This document shows, in pieces, positions 9,317 to 18,296 of a DNA stretch of 64,000 nt; position 1 is the first letter of the stretch, and each line of letters begins with the position of its first letter. Both the position numbers and the translations under genes were made by a program. The stretch is taken from contig CBDFJQ010000002.1 in assembly GCA_965248575.1 (NCBI GenBank), forward strand, positions 2,016,001-2,080,000. The letters are read 5' to 3'. This stretch comes from Planctomycetota bacterium. Lineage in GTDB: Bacteria; Planctomycetota; B15-G4. The notes under the pieces were generated by a model, which saw nothing but the letters and a program-made list of their open reading frames with translations, was not told where the DNA came from and made no database searches.

Positions 9317-11425
9317 ATGCTCACCACGCTGTTTGCCACCACCCTGCTGATCCTCTCCGCTGGCGAAACACCTCAGACTGCTGCCCAGGAAGCTGTGCAG
9401 GATGCGCCAGCGGTCCTCGCCGCCCCCGCAGAAGCTGCCGCCTCCCAGACCGCCGAGGCCGACCCACAGCTGGCGGCGACGACCGTGCAGACCACGGATG
9501 TGCTCGCGGCGCAACTGCCTCTGCCGACCCTGGGCCCTGCCCGCCGGCTCATGGATGTGGTGCCCACCGGAACCGTCTCGGTCTGGCACCGCCGTGCCAC
9601 CGCCGAAACAGCGTTGATGGACAGCTACGGTTTCGAAGTGGCCGACGCGGTGCTCGACGCCCGCCTGGATGAGTTCGTGCTGGAGAGCCTGCAAGCCTTC
9701 GGTGCCGACCAGGGGCTGGTGGAGTTCCTGGCCAGCTGGCGCAACATGTTCCAGTCCGTGAGCGGCATCGTGCCCTGGCGCGAGCTGGTGCAGCGGGAGT
9801 TCCTGTGGGCGCAGACCATGACGCCTTCGTTCAGCACCGACATGGGCATCCCCAGCATGTTGCTGGCCTGCCGGCCTGAGCCCGCCCGACTCGAGGATCT
9901 CGAGCGCAGCGTCGCAGGCTTCATGGGTTCGGCTGCCGCCTTCCTGGGGACCAACGGCAAGTACGAGATTCACAGCGAGCCCTCGCCCGCTGGCCAGGAC
10001 ACCAAGATCTACCGCCTCAGCGTTCCGGCCACCGGCGACATCGTCCTGCTTCAAGCCGCGGTCCACAACAACACCCTCATGTTGGGCGTGGGCGAGCAGT
10101 ACTTCGCCGATGCGCTGCACCTGCTGCGTGGCACCGGCGAAGTGCGTCGACTGAACAACACCTCGCGCTTCGAAGCGGCGTTCTCGGGACTCCCCAGCGA
10201 CGCTCCCAGCCATGAGTACCTCGACGTTCCGCTCTTCCTGCAAGGCACGGAGGATGTGCGCACGCTGCTCGCCGAGCATCCCTACAACACGGGTGCGCTG
10301 CAGGGCTTCCTCAACGAGAGCTTTTCGCTCGTCGATGACATCGACACGATCGCGTCAGCCACCCATTGCGACGGCAGCGACGTCATCAAGGAGACGATGA
10401 CCCGCTTCGATGCGGACATCGCCCGCCACCACCCCATGCACGGCGTGGGCATGGCCGCCCCGGCCTCCGGCGAACTCTTCGACTACATCCCCGCCGATGT
10501 CACGGCCTTCACCATGCGCGGCACCGTGGACCTCGTCCCCGTTTGGCGCCACATGCAGGACGAGTTCAAGGCGAACACGGAGTGGGCTGAAGACGCCCTT
10601 TGGGCCTTCGGCATCCTGGAAGCTGCCGTGGACCTGCACGTCGAACGGGACCTCCTGTCCTGGATGGGCTCCGAGCATCTCAGCGTCACCATGCCCTCGC
10701 GCGGCAAGTACCCACAGCCGGGCGAAACGGACACCGTCATCCTGTGCAAGCTGAAGGACCCGGCCTCCGCCAAGAAGGCCATCGACCGCGCCATCGCCAT
10801 CTTCGAGGCGGCGGCACCGCGGGTCTTCGGCGGCACCCAGGCCTTCATCAAGGACCAGGGTTGGAACATCAAGGTGGACGCAACCATCGGCCCGGCCGAA
10901 GGCTCATTCCGCATGTTGAACCGCCTCGAGGTGGCGCTGGGCCCGATCCCCGTGCCGCAACTCACCTTTGGCGTCATGGGCGACCTGCTCGTGATGAGCA
11001 CCTCGGGTGAGGCCCTCATGTCCTGCATGCTGGTGGCCGCCGAGGAGGAGGATGGTCTCTCGGAGCGCCCCCTCGGTCGGGAGCTGCTCGCGCAGCACGA
11101 CCTGGCCAGCGCCGAGCTGGTTCCCATGGGCTTGCAGATGGCCCAGCAGACCCAGGGCCTCCAGGGCATGAGCGGCATGCTCAACGGCTTCCTGGGCGGC
11201 ATGGCGGATGACAACCCGGGCCTGGCGACGGGCCTGGACTGCATGAACGACCTCTTCGGACGCGTGATCGGCGTCTTGGACACCGTCGACTTCCTGGACG
11301 ATTCGCTCACGGTGAGCGAGCGGCGGGAGGGCGGGTTGGCGCGCTATGAGCGCAGCACGACTCGCCTGCTGGCTCCCCAGCATCGGCCTTCGCATGCGGT
11401 GGCGAGTAGTACTGAGGCGCGCTGA
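9317..11425 (+). CDS. Exported hypothetical protein, DUF3352-like, with probable internal duplication
   Basis: Signal-like N-terminus; two similar halves ('MDVVPTG' / 'FDYIPAD'; 'AAVHNNTLMLGVG' / 'FGVMGDLLVMSTS'). Confidence 0.6.
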   Translation: MLTTLFATTLLILSAGETPQTAAQEAVQDAPAVLAAPAEAAASQTAEADPQLAATTVQTTDVLAAQLPLPTLGPARRLMDVVPTGTVSVWHRRATAETALMDSYGFEVADAVLDARLDEFVLESLQAFGADQGLVEFLASWRNMFQSVSGIVPWRELVQREFLWAQTMTPSFSTDMGIPSMLLACRPEPARLEDLERSVAGFMGSAAAFLGTNGKYEIHSEPSPAGQDTKIYRLSVPATGDIVLLQAAVHNNTLMLGVGEQYFADALHLLRGTGEVRRLNNTSRFEAAFSGLPSDAPSHEYLDVPLFLQGTEDVRTLLAEHPYNTGALQGFLNESFSLVDDIDTIASATHCDGSDVIKETMTRFDADIARHHPMHGVGMAAPASGELFDYIPADVTAFTMRGTVDLVPVWRHMQDEFKANTEWAEDALWAFGILEAAVDLHVERDLLSWMGSEHLSVTMPSRGKYPQPGETDTVILCKLKDPASAKKAIDRAIAIFEAAAPRVFGGTQAFIKDQGWNIKVDATIGPAEGSFRMLNRLEVALGPIPVPQLTFGVMGDLLVMSTSGEALMSCMLVAAEEEDGLSERPLGRELLAQHDLASAELVPMGLQMAQQTQGLQGMSGMLNGFLGGMADDNPGLATGLDCMNDLFGRVIGVLDTVDFLDDSLTVSERREGGLARYERSTTRLLAPQHRPSHAVASSTEAR

Positions 11426-11710
11426 TCGATCGCTGACTGCAGTCGGGCCGGGGGGCTTCTGCCGGGGCTGGAGCCGGTTCTGGGTGGTGTTCTTGCCTTT
11501 GAGGGCGGCATCCCCCCGCGCGGCTGATCTTGCCGTATGCTTCGGAGCCTTCTCTCCGCCTTGCGGGCATCTCTCCGACGGCGCAGCTCGTGACCCCACG
11601 TCGCGTGCTGTGTCTGGCTGCCGCAACCCCGAAGCACCCAACCGGCCTCCGACGGTGGGTTCCCGCGCTCGGGCGGACTCTCCCCCCGATTCTTCAGGAG
11701 TTGTTGCTCC

Positions 11711-14227
11711 ATGCGCTTCCCCATCCTGTCCTCCCTTGCCGCGGCCGCACTTTTGGCCTCGAGCTTGAGCGCCCAGTCCTTCACGCCCTCAGAGGTTGCC
11801 TCACCGGTTCGCGCCGCCGGCACCTACATGGGCACCGACCTGCCAGTGCTGCGCATGAACGACAGCGCGGTGTCGAGCCTCTTCGCGTCGCCTGCCCGCG
11901 AGGTGCGCGTCGCCGACTTCGAGTTGATGAACGGACAGCTCGTCGACCTCGACCTGCGCCGCCTCGACCTGAACCGCATGAAGTTCGGTTTCCAGGTGAA
12001 CGGCACCCCGACCCCGGGCCTGGCCGAAAGCATCGAGATCTCCGTCTGGAGCGGCACCGTCGCCGGGCGGCCGGGCTCCGATGTCCTGCTCTCCTTCAGC
12101 AACGTCGGCAGCCGGGGCTGGGTGGATGACGGCCTGGAGCGCGTGCACGTCATGCCGCAGCCCGACGCCGTGAACGGTTGGGACGAGAGCTTCTCGATCC
12201 TTGCCCGCGACAGCGACCTGGCCGAGCTGGGCGCCGAGATGCGCGAGATCTGCGAGGCGACTCAGTTGCCCAACGTGGCCTCCCCCACCACGCGTGCGGT
12301 GAACAAGCAGTCTCAGGGCTCCGGCAACCCCATCAACAGCAGCTTCCAAGGAGGATGCTCGAACTGGGAAGCCACCATCGCCATCGAGACGGACTTCCAG
12401 CTGTTCCAGGTCTTCGGCAGCCTCGCCGCCGAAACCAGCTACATCACCACCCTGCTGGCTGCGGTGAGCGATCGCTACGAGACCCAGATCAACACGGTGC
12501 TCAGCTACCCCTACGTGCAGTTCTACACGACGGCCGCCGACCCGTGGTCGACGCCAGACATCCCCGGTAGCAGTAGCGCCATGCTCAGCGAATTCGAGAC
12601 GGCGTGGAACGGCAACATCCCCACCGGCGCCAACATCGGCCACATGGTCTCGGGCGCCAACCTCGGCGGCGGCATCGCCTACCTGGGTGTGCTGTGCGAC
12701 ACCAGCGCCAGCTTCTCCTTCGGTGTGAGCGGCAACCTGTTCGGCGGGGTTCCTTTCCCCATCGCCGTGGGCCCCTCCAACTGGGACTTCATGGTCTTCG
12801 CGCATGAAACGGGGCACAACTTCAACTCGCCCCACACTCATGACTACTCGCCACAGATCGATGACTGTGCCAACGGGACGTGCATCACCAACGGCACCAT
12901 CATGAGCTACTGCCACCAGTGCCCGGGCGGGACCAGCAACATCACGACCTTCTTCCACCCCAATGTGGTGAACGTCATGCAGGCGCACGCCAGCAACTGC
13001 CTGCCGTTCTTCGCACCGCTCATCGAGCAGGCTGGCCCAAGCATCATCGCCGAAGGGGCCGCGACGCCTCTCACGGTCGAGGTCCAGGGCACGCCTGTTT
13101 CGGGAGTCGACCTGGAGTACCGCTACAGCACGAGCGACCCCTTCCTGAGCACGCCGGCCAGCGACATGGGCGGCGGCACCTGGGGCGCCAACTTGCCTGG
13201 CCCTGCCTGTGGGCAGGAACCCGAGTGGTTCTTCAGCATGACGGATGCCACCTGTGGCCCCTTCCAGACGGCCGCAGCAACGGCTTCCGTGGGCACCCAG
13301 AATCTTTCCGTGGACGACGAGTTTGAGGCACCGTCCGGTTGGACCGGCGGTGTGGGCGGCGACACGGCGACCACCGGTGTGTGGACCCTCGGCAACCCCA
13401 TCGGCACCGGGGCACAGCCGGAGGATGACCACACTCCGAGCGGCACCGATTGCTGGTTCACGGGCCAGGGTGGCGTGGGTGGCGGTCTCGGCGACAACGA
13501 CGTCGACGGAGGTTTCACCACCTTGACCTCGCCGACCTACGACCTGTCTGCTGCGGGTGAGCAGCTCATCAGCTACTGGCGTTGGTACAGCAACGACGCC
13601 GGAAGCACGCCCAACTCCGACGTGTTCGTGGTGGACATCTCCAACAACGGCGGCGGAAGCTGGACCAATGTGGAGACGATCGGCCCAGCTGGCGCCGGAA
13701 CGGGTGGCGGATGGATCCTGCACTCCTTCACGGTGTCCGACTTCGTCGCTCCCACCAACAACGTCGTGCTGCGCTTCGTCGCTGAGGACGCCGGTGGCGG
13801 TTCCATCGTGGAGGCCGGCATCGACGACCTCCAGGCCTACACCGTCGATTGTGGCGGCGACCCCTGGGTCAACCTCGGCGGTGGTGCACCCGGCATCAAC
13901 GGCGTCCCCTTCCTGGAGATGAGCGGACCGCTCACTCCGGGTTCGACGCTCAACCTGAGCCTGACGCAGGCAGCGCCTTCGGCCCTGGCCTTCGCCTGGT
14001 TCTCCTTCACGTCGACGCCGACACCCTTCCTGGGAGGCACCCTGCACGCCTTCCCCGTCAACATCCAGTTGCTCGCCTTCACCAATGGTGCGGGTTCCCT
14101 GGCTGGCTCCGCCACCTTCCCAGGCGGCGTCTCCGGTCAGCAGATCTGGGTTCAGATGGGCGTGACGGATGCTTCCACGGTTGACGGAGGCTCCCTGTCC
14201 AACGGCGAAGTGGGAACCATCCCCTGA
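11711..14227 (+). CDS. Secreted M12/reprolysin-like zinc metallopeptidase with C-terminal accessory domains
   Basis: Signal peptide; HETGHNFNSPHTH (HExxHxxxxxH), Met-turn 'GTIMSYC', 'GGIAYLGVLC'. Confidence 0.9.
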   Translation: MRFPILSSLAAAALLASSLSAQSFTPSEVASPVRAAGTYMGTDLPVLRMNDSAVSSLFASPAREVRVADFELMNGQLVDLDLRRLDLNRMKFGFQVNGTPTPGLAESIEISVWSGTVAGRPGSDVLLSFSNVGSRGWVDDGLERVHVMPQPDAVNGWDESFSILARDSDLAELGAEMREICEATQLPNVASPTTRAVNKQSQGSGNPINSSFQGGCSNWEATIAIETDFQLFQVFGSLAAETSYITTLLAAVSDRYETQINTVLSYPYVQFYTTAADPWSTPDIPGSSSAMLSEFETAWNGNIPTGANIGHMVSGANLGGGIAYLGVLCDTSASFSFGVSGNLFGGVPFPIAVGPSNWDFMVFAHETGHNFNSPHTHDYSPQIDDCANGTCITNGTIMSYCHQCPGGTSNITTFFHPNVVNVMQAHASNCLPFFAPLIEQAGPSIIAEGAATPLTVEVQGTPVSGVDLEYRYSTSDPFLSTPASDMGGGTWGANLPGPACGQEPEWFFSMTDATCGPFQTAAATASVGTQNLSVDDEFEAPSGWTGGVGGDTATTGVWTLGNPIGTGAQPEDDHTPSGTDCWFTGQGGVGGGLGDNDVDGGFTTLTSPTYDLSAAGEQLISYWRWYSNDAGSTPNSDVFVVDISNNGGGSWTNVETIGPAGAGTGGGWILHSFTVSDFVAPTNNVVLRFVAEDAGGGSIVEAGIDDLQAYTVDCGGDPWVNLGGGAPGINGVPFLEMSGPLTPGSTLNLSLTQAAPSALAFAWFSFTSTPTPFLGGTLHAFPVNIQLLAFTNGAGSLAGSATFPGGVSGQQIWVQMGVTDASTVDGGSLSNGEVGTIP

Positions 14228-14323
14228 TCGCCTGATCGCCAGTTCGTGGTCACCGAGTTGGTGATCACGGAACAAGTTGTCCGCGAGGGCGGGTCGCAGC
14301 ATGCGACTCGCCCTCGTTGCGTT

Positions 14324-17161
14324 TCAGCGGCTCACGAGGCCCAGGGCACCACCCACGAGGCGGCGGGCAGAGGGGCGCAACATGCTCGTGACGGCCGTGG
14401 CGCGGTAGCGCCCTGCCTTGTCCAAGGACCACTCCACGAACATGTCATCCAGGCCGTTCCACACATCGTACGCAGCGCGGCCTTCCGCAACATTCGCAAG
14501 CAAGCGCCGCAAGCCCACGCGCTTGAGGTCTTCCATGCGTGTGGTGACGGTGTCCTGCTCCGTGCACGGGCCCAGCAGCTGGCTCTCCTCGGAAGTCAGC
14601 TCCGTGACGACCTCGCCGATGCGGAAGCCGACACAGCGTCCATCGGCCACGAGCAACTCGAGTCGTCGCTCGCCATCGGTAGCCGTCACGGAATCCGTGA
14701 GAACCCCCGTCGCAGACTCCATGCGCCAGCTCCCGTCGCTGTAGTCGCGAGGCTCGATCAAGGTCCCGCGGGCGCCTCCCACAAAGCGCAGTTCGAATCG
14801 ACTGCCCGCTTCGACCCGCGTCTTGCGCGCTGACTTCAAGGCGGCCCCGTCAAAGAGCGTCTTGAAGAGGGCGAAGGCGTGGTAGCGATAGGCAGAGCGA
14901 TCGAAGGTGACGGCCGTGAGCTGGCCCAACTGCGCCGCTCGTAGCGTCTCCAACCATGGCAGGGTCGTGCAATCCTCAGCCACACCAACCGAGTGGAAGC
15001 CTTGCAACAGCTGCATATGCCCCAGGTGTTTGAACAGGAAGACGGGGGTGTCGAGCAGGACATCGAGATGCGCGCAGGGGTGTTCATGAAGCCGCTTCAG
15101 GACGGCAGGGACGGCCCCCTTGGAGACAGCGACGTAGACCAGATCCGCGGCCGCCAGGTCCTCATCCGTCAGCGACCGGAAGTCTCGTGTCTGCTGGGGC
15201 CCCACGCTGTGTTCAGCGCCTGGTTCCGTTCCTGGTTCCGTTCCTGGTACCGGCCTCCGGCTGCGGGTGAACACGTCGCCGATTTCGAAGAGATCCGGCA
15301 GGGAGCGTAGGCAGGGGAGGACGTCCGTGGCCACGCGCCCGCCTGCGCCGATCACCAGCACACGCCGCGGGCGAGTGTCGCCAGAGCGGGTCGCCGGCTC
15401 GCCCTGGGGGGAGCCCATGGACGATCCCGCAGCGCCAACAACTGCAGGCAGGGACTCGACCCTCTCCAGCAGCCGCTGCTTCAGATGCTCTGCCTGGCGG
15501 ATCGCCAGCGCCACGATGGTGAAGGTGGGATTGGCGCACCCACTGGTGGGAAACAGGGAGCCGCCCGCCATGTACACATTGCTGACGTGATGGAGACGCC
15601 CGTCCCGATTGGTCACGGAGCTCTCGGGATCCAACCCCATGCGCGTGGTCCCGAGATGGTGCGAAGCATCGAGATCGATGGGCCAGGGGTCGGCGCGGGC
15701 CAGGTCGCTTTCGAAGTCACCAAAATCGTTGGCCTGGAGCTCTGTGGCGAGGGCCTCCTGCAAAGCCAGCAGGGAGTTCTTGTCGAGTTCCGACGGCCCA
15801 TGAGTCACCACGGTCTCTGGCTGCCCGCAGGCATCAAGGGCCGTGCCGAGGGCAACGCGGTTCTCGGGCCGGGGTTCCATCTCCATGAAGTTTCGCACGC
15901 GTACCCGACGCACGAGAGGGGCTCGACTTGAGAAGCGGGACACCGCGTAGCGCGCCACACTCGGCGCATTCCAGGCGATCGTGCCCACCAACTTCAGCCA
16001 ATCCACCGCGCCCTTGCGAGCGTTCTGGAGATCGCTGTCGTCACCTGTTTCGGAGTAGTCCCGGAGCGTGACGACCTTGTCGGCGCTGCGTCGCTTCCAC
16101 GCACCGAAGAGCCTTGAGCTACGCTTCACGAGCAGCACGAGCGACTCGACCCCCTCGTTGTCGGACCAGGGAAACAGCGGCTCGAAGCGGACATAGGCGT
16201 TCAGGAGCGAACGCCGTTGCTGCTCCTCATCGGAGAGCCTCAAGCCGGCATAGCCCGCATAGCCCTTGTGCAGGCAGCCAAAGAGGTAGGGCAGCTCCCG
16301 AACCGGGCGACGCAAGCGGATGATGCCCCGATAGTTCTTCGGGTGATTCATCAGGCAGCGCCCCACTTGATCGTGCTCGTTGCCGAGCGCTGAACCGTCA
16401 GGCCCCCCTGAGGCCAGCAAGAGGCGCGCATTCTCCAGGCCGCCCGTCGCCAGCACGATGGCCCGGGCAAGGACCCGTCGCTCGCTGCCGTCGCTTGAAC
16501 GCAGGACGATGCGCGTGCCCCGCGCCGTACAGCCACGGAGCGGTCCCTCGATGGGGGCATCCGCGCCGAGAGCCTCCGACTCCAAGCGGATGGCCGTGGC
16601 GTCCAGGTAGAGGGTTGCCGCTTCCGCTTCGAAGACCGGCTTGTGTTCCTTCCCGAAGTGCTGGGGTTCCGCGGCCGCCAGGAAGACCTTCTCTTCCAGG
16701 GCAGTCCACGAGAGCTGAGCCTCGCCCAACAAACGCAGGGCGTCGAAGCCACCAGGCTCGTACAGGGCCAAGGGGGCAAAGCGGTAGTCGGCTGCGGCGC
16801 GGCGCCAGTACGGCAGCAGCTCTTCGCGTGGGATCGGCCAACCGGGTAGCCCCAACTCCGGCCGCGGCTCCAACTCGATGGAATCCAGAGGCGCCGACAA
16901 GCCAGCCCACGTGGAAGACGCGCCGCCCAGGACCCGCTCCCGGGAGTAGTCCTTGATACGCACGGGTCCCTCGCTGCGCACCTTTCGCAGGGCGTCCCCA
17001 TGCTTCGTCGTCTTGAGGCGTCCGCTCTCCAGGACGCAGTAGCTCAGCCCAGAACCCGCCAGCTCTCGCGCCAGCGTCATGCCCGCCGGCCCGGATCCGA
17101 CGATGCAGACATCCACTGCCGGCAGGTCGGCCGTCCGGCTGTCGTGGAGATCGACAATCAT
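14324..17161 (-). CDS. GMC-family FAD oxidoreductase fused to a C-terminal NAD(P)-binding Gfo/Idh/MocA-like domain
   Basis: GSGPAG, 'LGGASSTWAG', 'HHLGTTRMG', 'ANPTFTI'; second Rossmann motif 'VLVIGAGGRV' and 'VLLDTP'. Confidence 0.75.
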   Translation of the reverse strand: MIVDLHDSRTADLPAVDVCIVGSGPAGMTLARELAGSGLSYCVLESGRLKTTKHGDALRKVRSEGPVRIKDYSRERVLGGASSTWAGLSAPLDSIELEPRPELGLPGWPIPREELLPYWRRAAADYRFAPLALYEPGGFDALRLLGEAQLSWTALEEKVFLAAAEPQHFGKEHKPVFEAEAATLYLDATAIRLESEALGADAPIEGPLRGCTARGTRIVLRSSDGSERRVLARAIVLATGGLENARLLLASGGPDGSALGNEHDQVGRCLMNHPKNYRGIIRLRRPVRELPYLFGCLHKGYAGYAGLRLSDEEQQRRSLLNAYVRFEPLFPWSDNEGVESLVLLVKRSSRLFGAWKRRSADKVVTLRDYSETGDDSDLQNARKGAVDWLKLVGTIAWNAPSVARYAVSRFSSRAPLVRRVRVRNFMEMEPRPENRVALGTALDACGQPETVVTHGPSELDKNSLLALQEALATELQANDFGDFESDLARADPWPIDLDASHHLGTTRMGLDPESSVTNRDGRLHHVSNVYMAGGSLFPTSGCANPTFTIVALAIRQAEHLKQRLLERVESLPAVVGAAGSSMGSPQGEPATRSGDTRPRRVLVIGAGGRVATDVLPCLRSLPDLFEIGDVFTRSRRPVPGTEPGTEPGAEHSVGPQQTRDFRSLTDEDLAAADLVYVAVSKGAVPAVLKRLHEHPCAHLDVLLDTPVFLFKHLGHMQLLQGFHSVGVAEDCTTLPWLETLRAAQLGQLTAVTFDRSAYRYHAFALFKTLFDGAALKSARKTRVEAGSRFELRFVGGARGTLIEPRDYSDGSWRMESATGVLTDSVTATDGERRLELLVADGRCVGFRIGEVVTELTSEESQLLGPCTEQDTVTTRMEDLKRVGLRRLLANVAEGRAAYDVWNGLDDMFVEWSLDKAGRYRATAVTSMLRPSARRLVGGALGLVSR
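15219..15248. repeat. 12-bp in-frame tandem repeat (cctggttccgtt x ~2.5) encoding PGTE-PGTE-PGAE
   Basis: Read directly from the sequence. Confidence 0.8.
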
Positions 17162-17322
17162 CGAGGGATCCGCTGCGGGCGTGGAACTCCGGGCACCTTT
17201 CCGCAGGACGACTGCGGCCGAGGGCTGCGCGCGATCCTAGAATCCCAACCGCACGAAGTCCCGCCCGCACACGGCAGAACCCCGTGCTAACGTTGTCGCC
17301 CCCATCTTGGAGCCCCTGGATC

Positions 17323-17862
17323 ATGACCCAAGCCAACGCCGAGCCCAGCACCGAAATGGCGACCCTCGCGGCCGGTTGCTATTGGTGCGTGGAAGCCGTC
17401 CTCGAGCAACTCGAAGGCGTCCTGGACGTCCGCTCGGGCTTCATGGGTGGACCGGGCGAGAACCCGACCTATGAGCAAGTCTGCTCAGGGGCCAGCGGGC
17501 ACGCGGAGGTGGTTCAGGTGGAGTTCGACCCCAAGCTGGTGAGCTTCGCCAAGCTGCTGTCCTACTTCTGGCGGCTGCACGACCCCACGACCTTGAACCG
17601 CCAAGGGGGCGATGTGGGCACCCAGTACCGCTCGGCGATTTTCGTCCACTCGGCGGAGCAGCGGGCCACGGCCGAACGCTCGCTTCAGCAGGCGGACGAA
17701 ACGGGGGTGTTCAGCGACCCCATCGTGACCGAGATCACGGACGCTTCGACCTTCTACGAAGCCAAGGGCGAGCACCAGGACTTCTACCGGCAGAACAAGG
17801 ACCAGCCCTACTGCCGCTTCGTCATCGCGCCCAAGCTGGACAAACTGGGCATGGACTCCTAA
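17323..17862 (+). CDS. msrA: Peptide-methionine (S)-S-oxide reductase
   Basis: GCYWC, 'HDPTTLNRQGGDVGTQYRSAIF', 'EHQDFY', C-terminal PYC. Confidence 0.95.
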   Translation: MTQANAEPSTEMATLAAGCYWCVEAVLEQLEGVLDVRSGFMGGPGENPTYEQVCSGASGHAEVVQVEFDPKLVSFAKLLSYFWRLHDPTTLNRQGGDVGTQYRSAIFVHSAEQRATAERSLQQADETGVFSDPIVTEITDASTFYEAKGEHQDFYRQNKDQPYCRFVIAPKLDKLGMDS

Positions 17863-17874
17863 CCGACCCTCCCG

Positions 17875-18228
17875 TCAACGGCAGTCGCAGAACTGGCTTG
17901 CGAGCCGGTCTCCCGTTCTCTCCAGCGAGTGCCCGATGCGGTCGAAGGTGCGTTCCATCCGGGCGCCGAAGGCATCCGCGCCCCGTTCGATGCGATGCCC
18001 CAGGCCCTCGAAGCGTCGCTCGAGACGGGCGCCGATCCGCTCCACTCGTTGATCGGCTTCGTAACCCCAGTGATGCGCGTCATGCCGGATCAAGTGCCCG
18101 ACGTCGTCGGCCGTCTGGCCCAGCTCATGGCCGACCTCGTCCCAACCCTCTCGCCACTCGGGGTCCTGGGCGAACAGGACCAGGGTGCAGACGAAGGAAA
18201 CTGCCAGGATGGCGGCCAGGGTGCGCAT
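17875..18228 (-). CDS. Small exported hypothetical protein with 11-residue amphipathic repeats
   Basis: Signal-like N-terminus; repeats RVERIGARLER / RFEGLGHRIER / GADAFGARMER / TFDRIGHSLER. Confidence 0.6.
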   Translation of the reverse strand: MRTLAAILAVSFVCTLVLFAQDPEWREGWDEVGHELGQTADDVGHLIRHDAHHWGYEADQRVERIGARLERRFEGLGHRIERGADAFGARMERTFDRIGHSLERTGDRLASQFCDCR

Positions 18229-18296
18229 GAGCTCTCTCCAAGAAGCGACGTCCTCTCAAGACGTACGCGCTGCTTGGGAAATGAGCGGGCCCGCTT

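Noticed and set aside
11801..14302. 833-aa antisense ORF, plus other long antisense ORFs (21412-23034, 27571-29226, 40728-42107)
   Set aside because: Shadow ORFs of well-supported genes, expected from high-GC codon bias; no motifs
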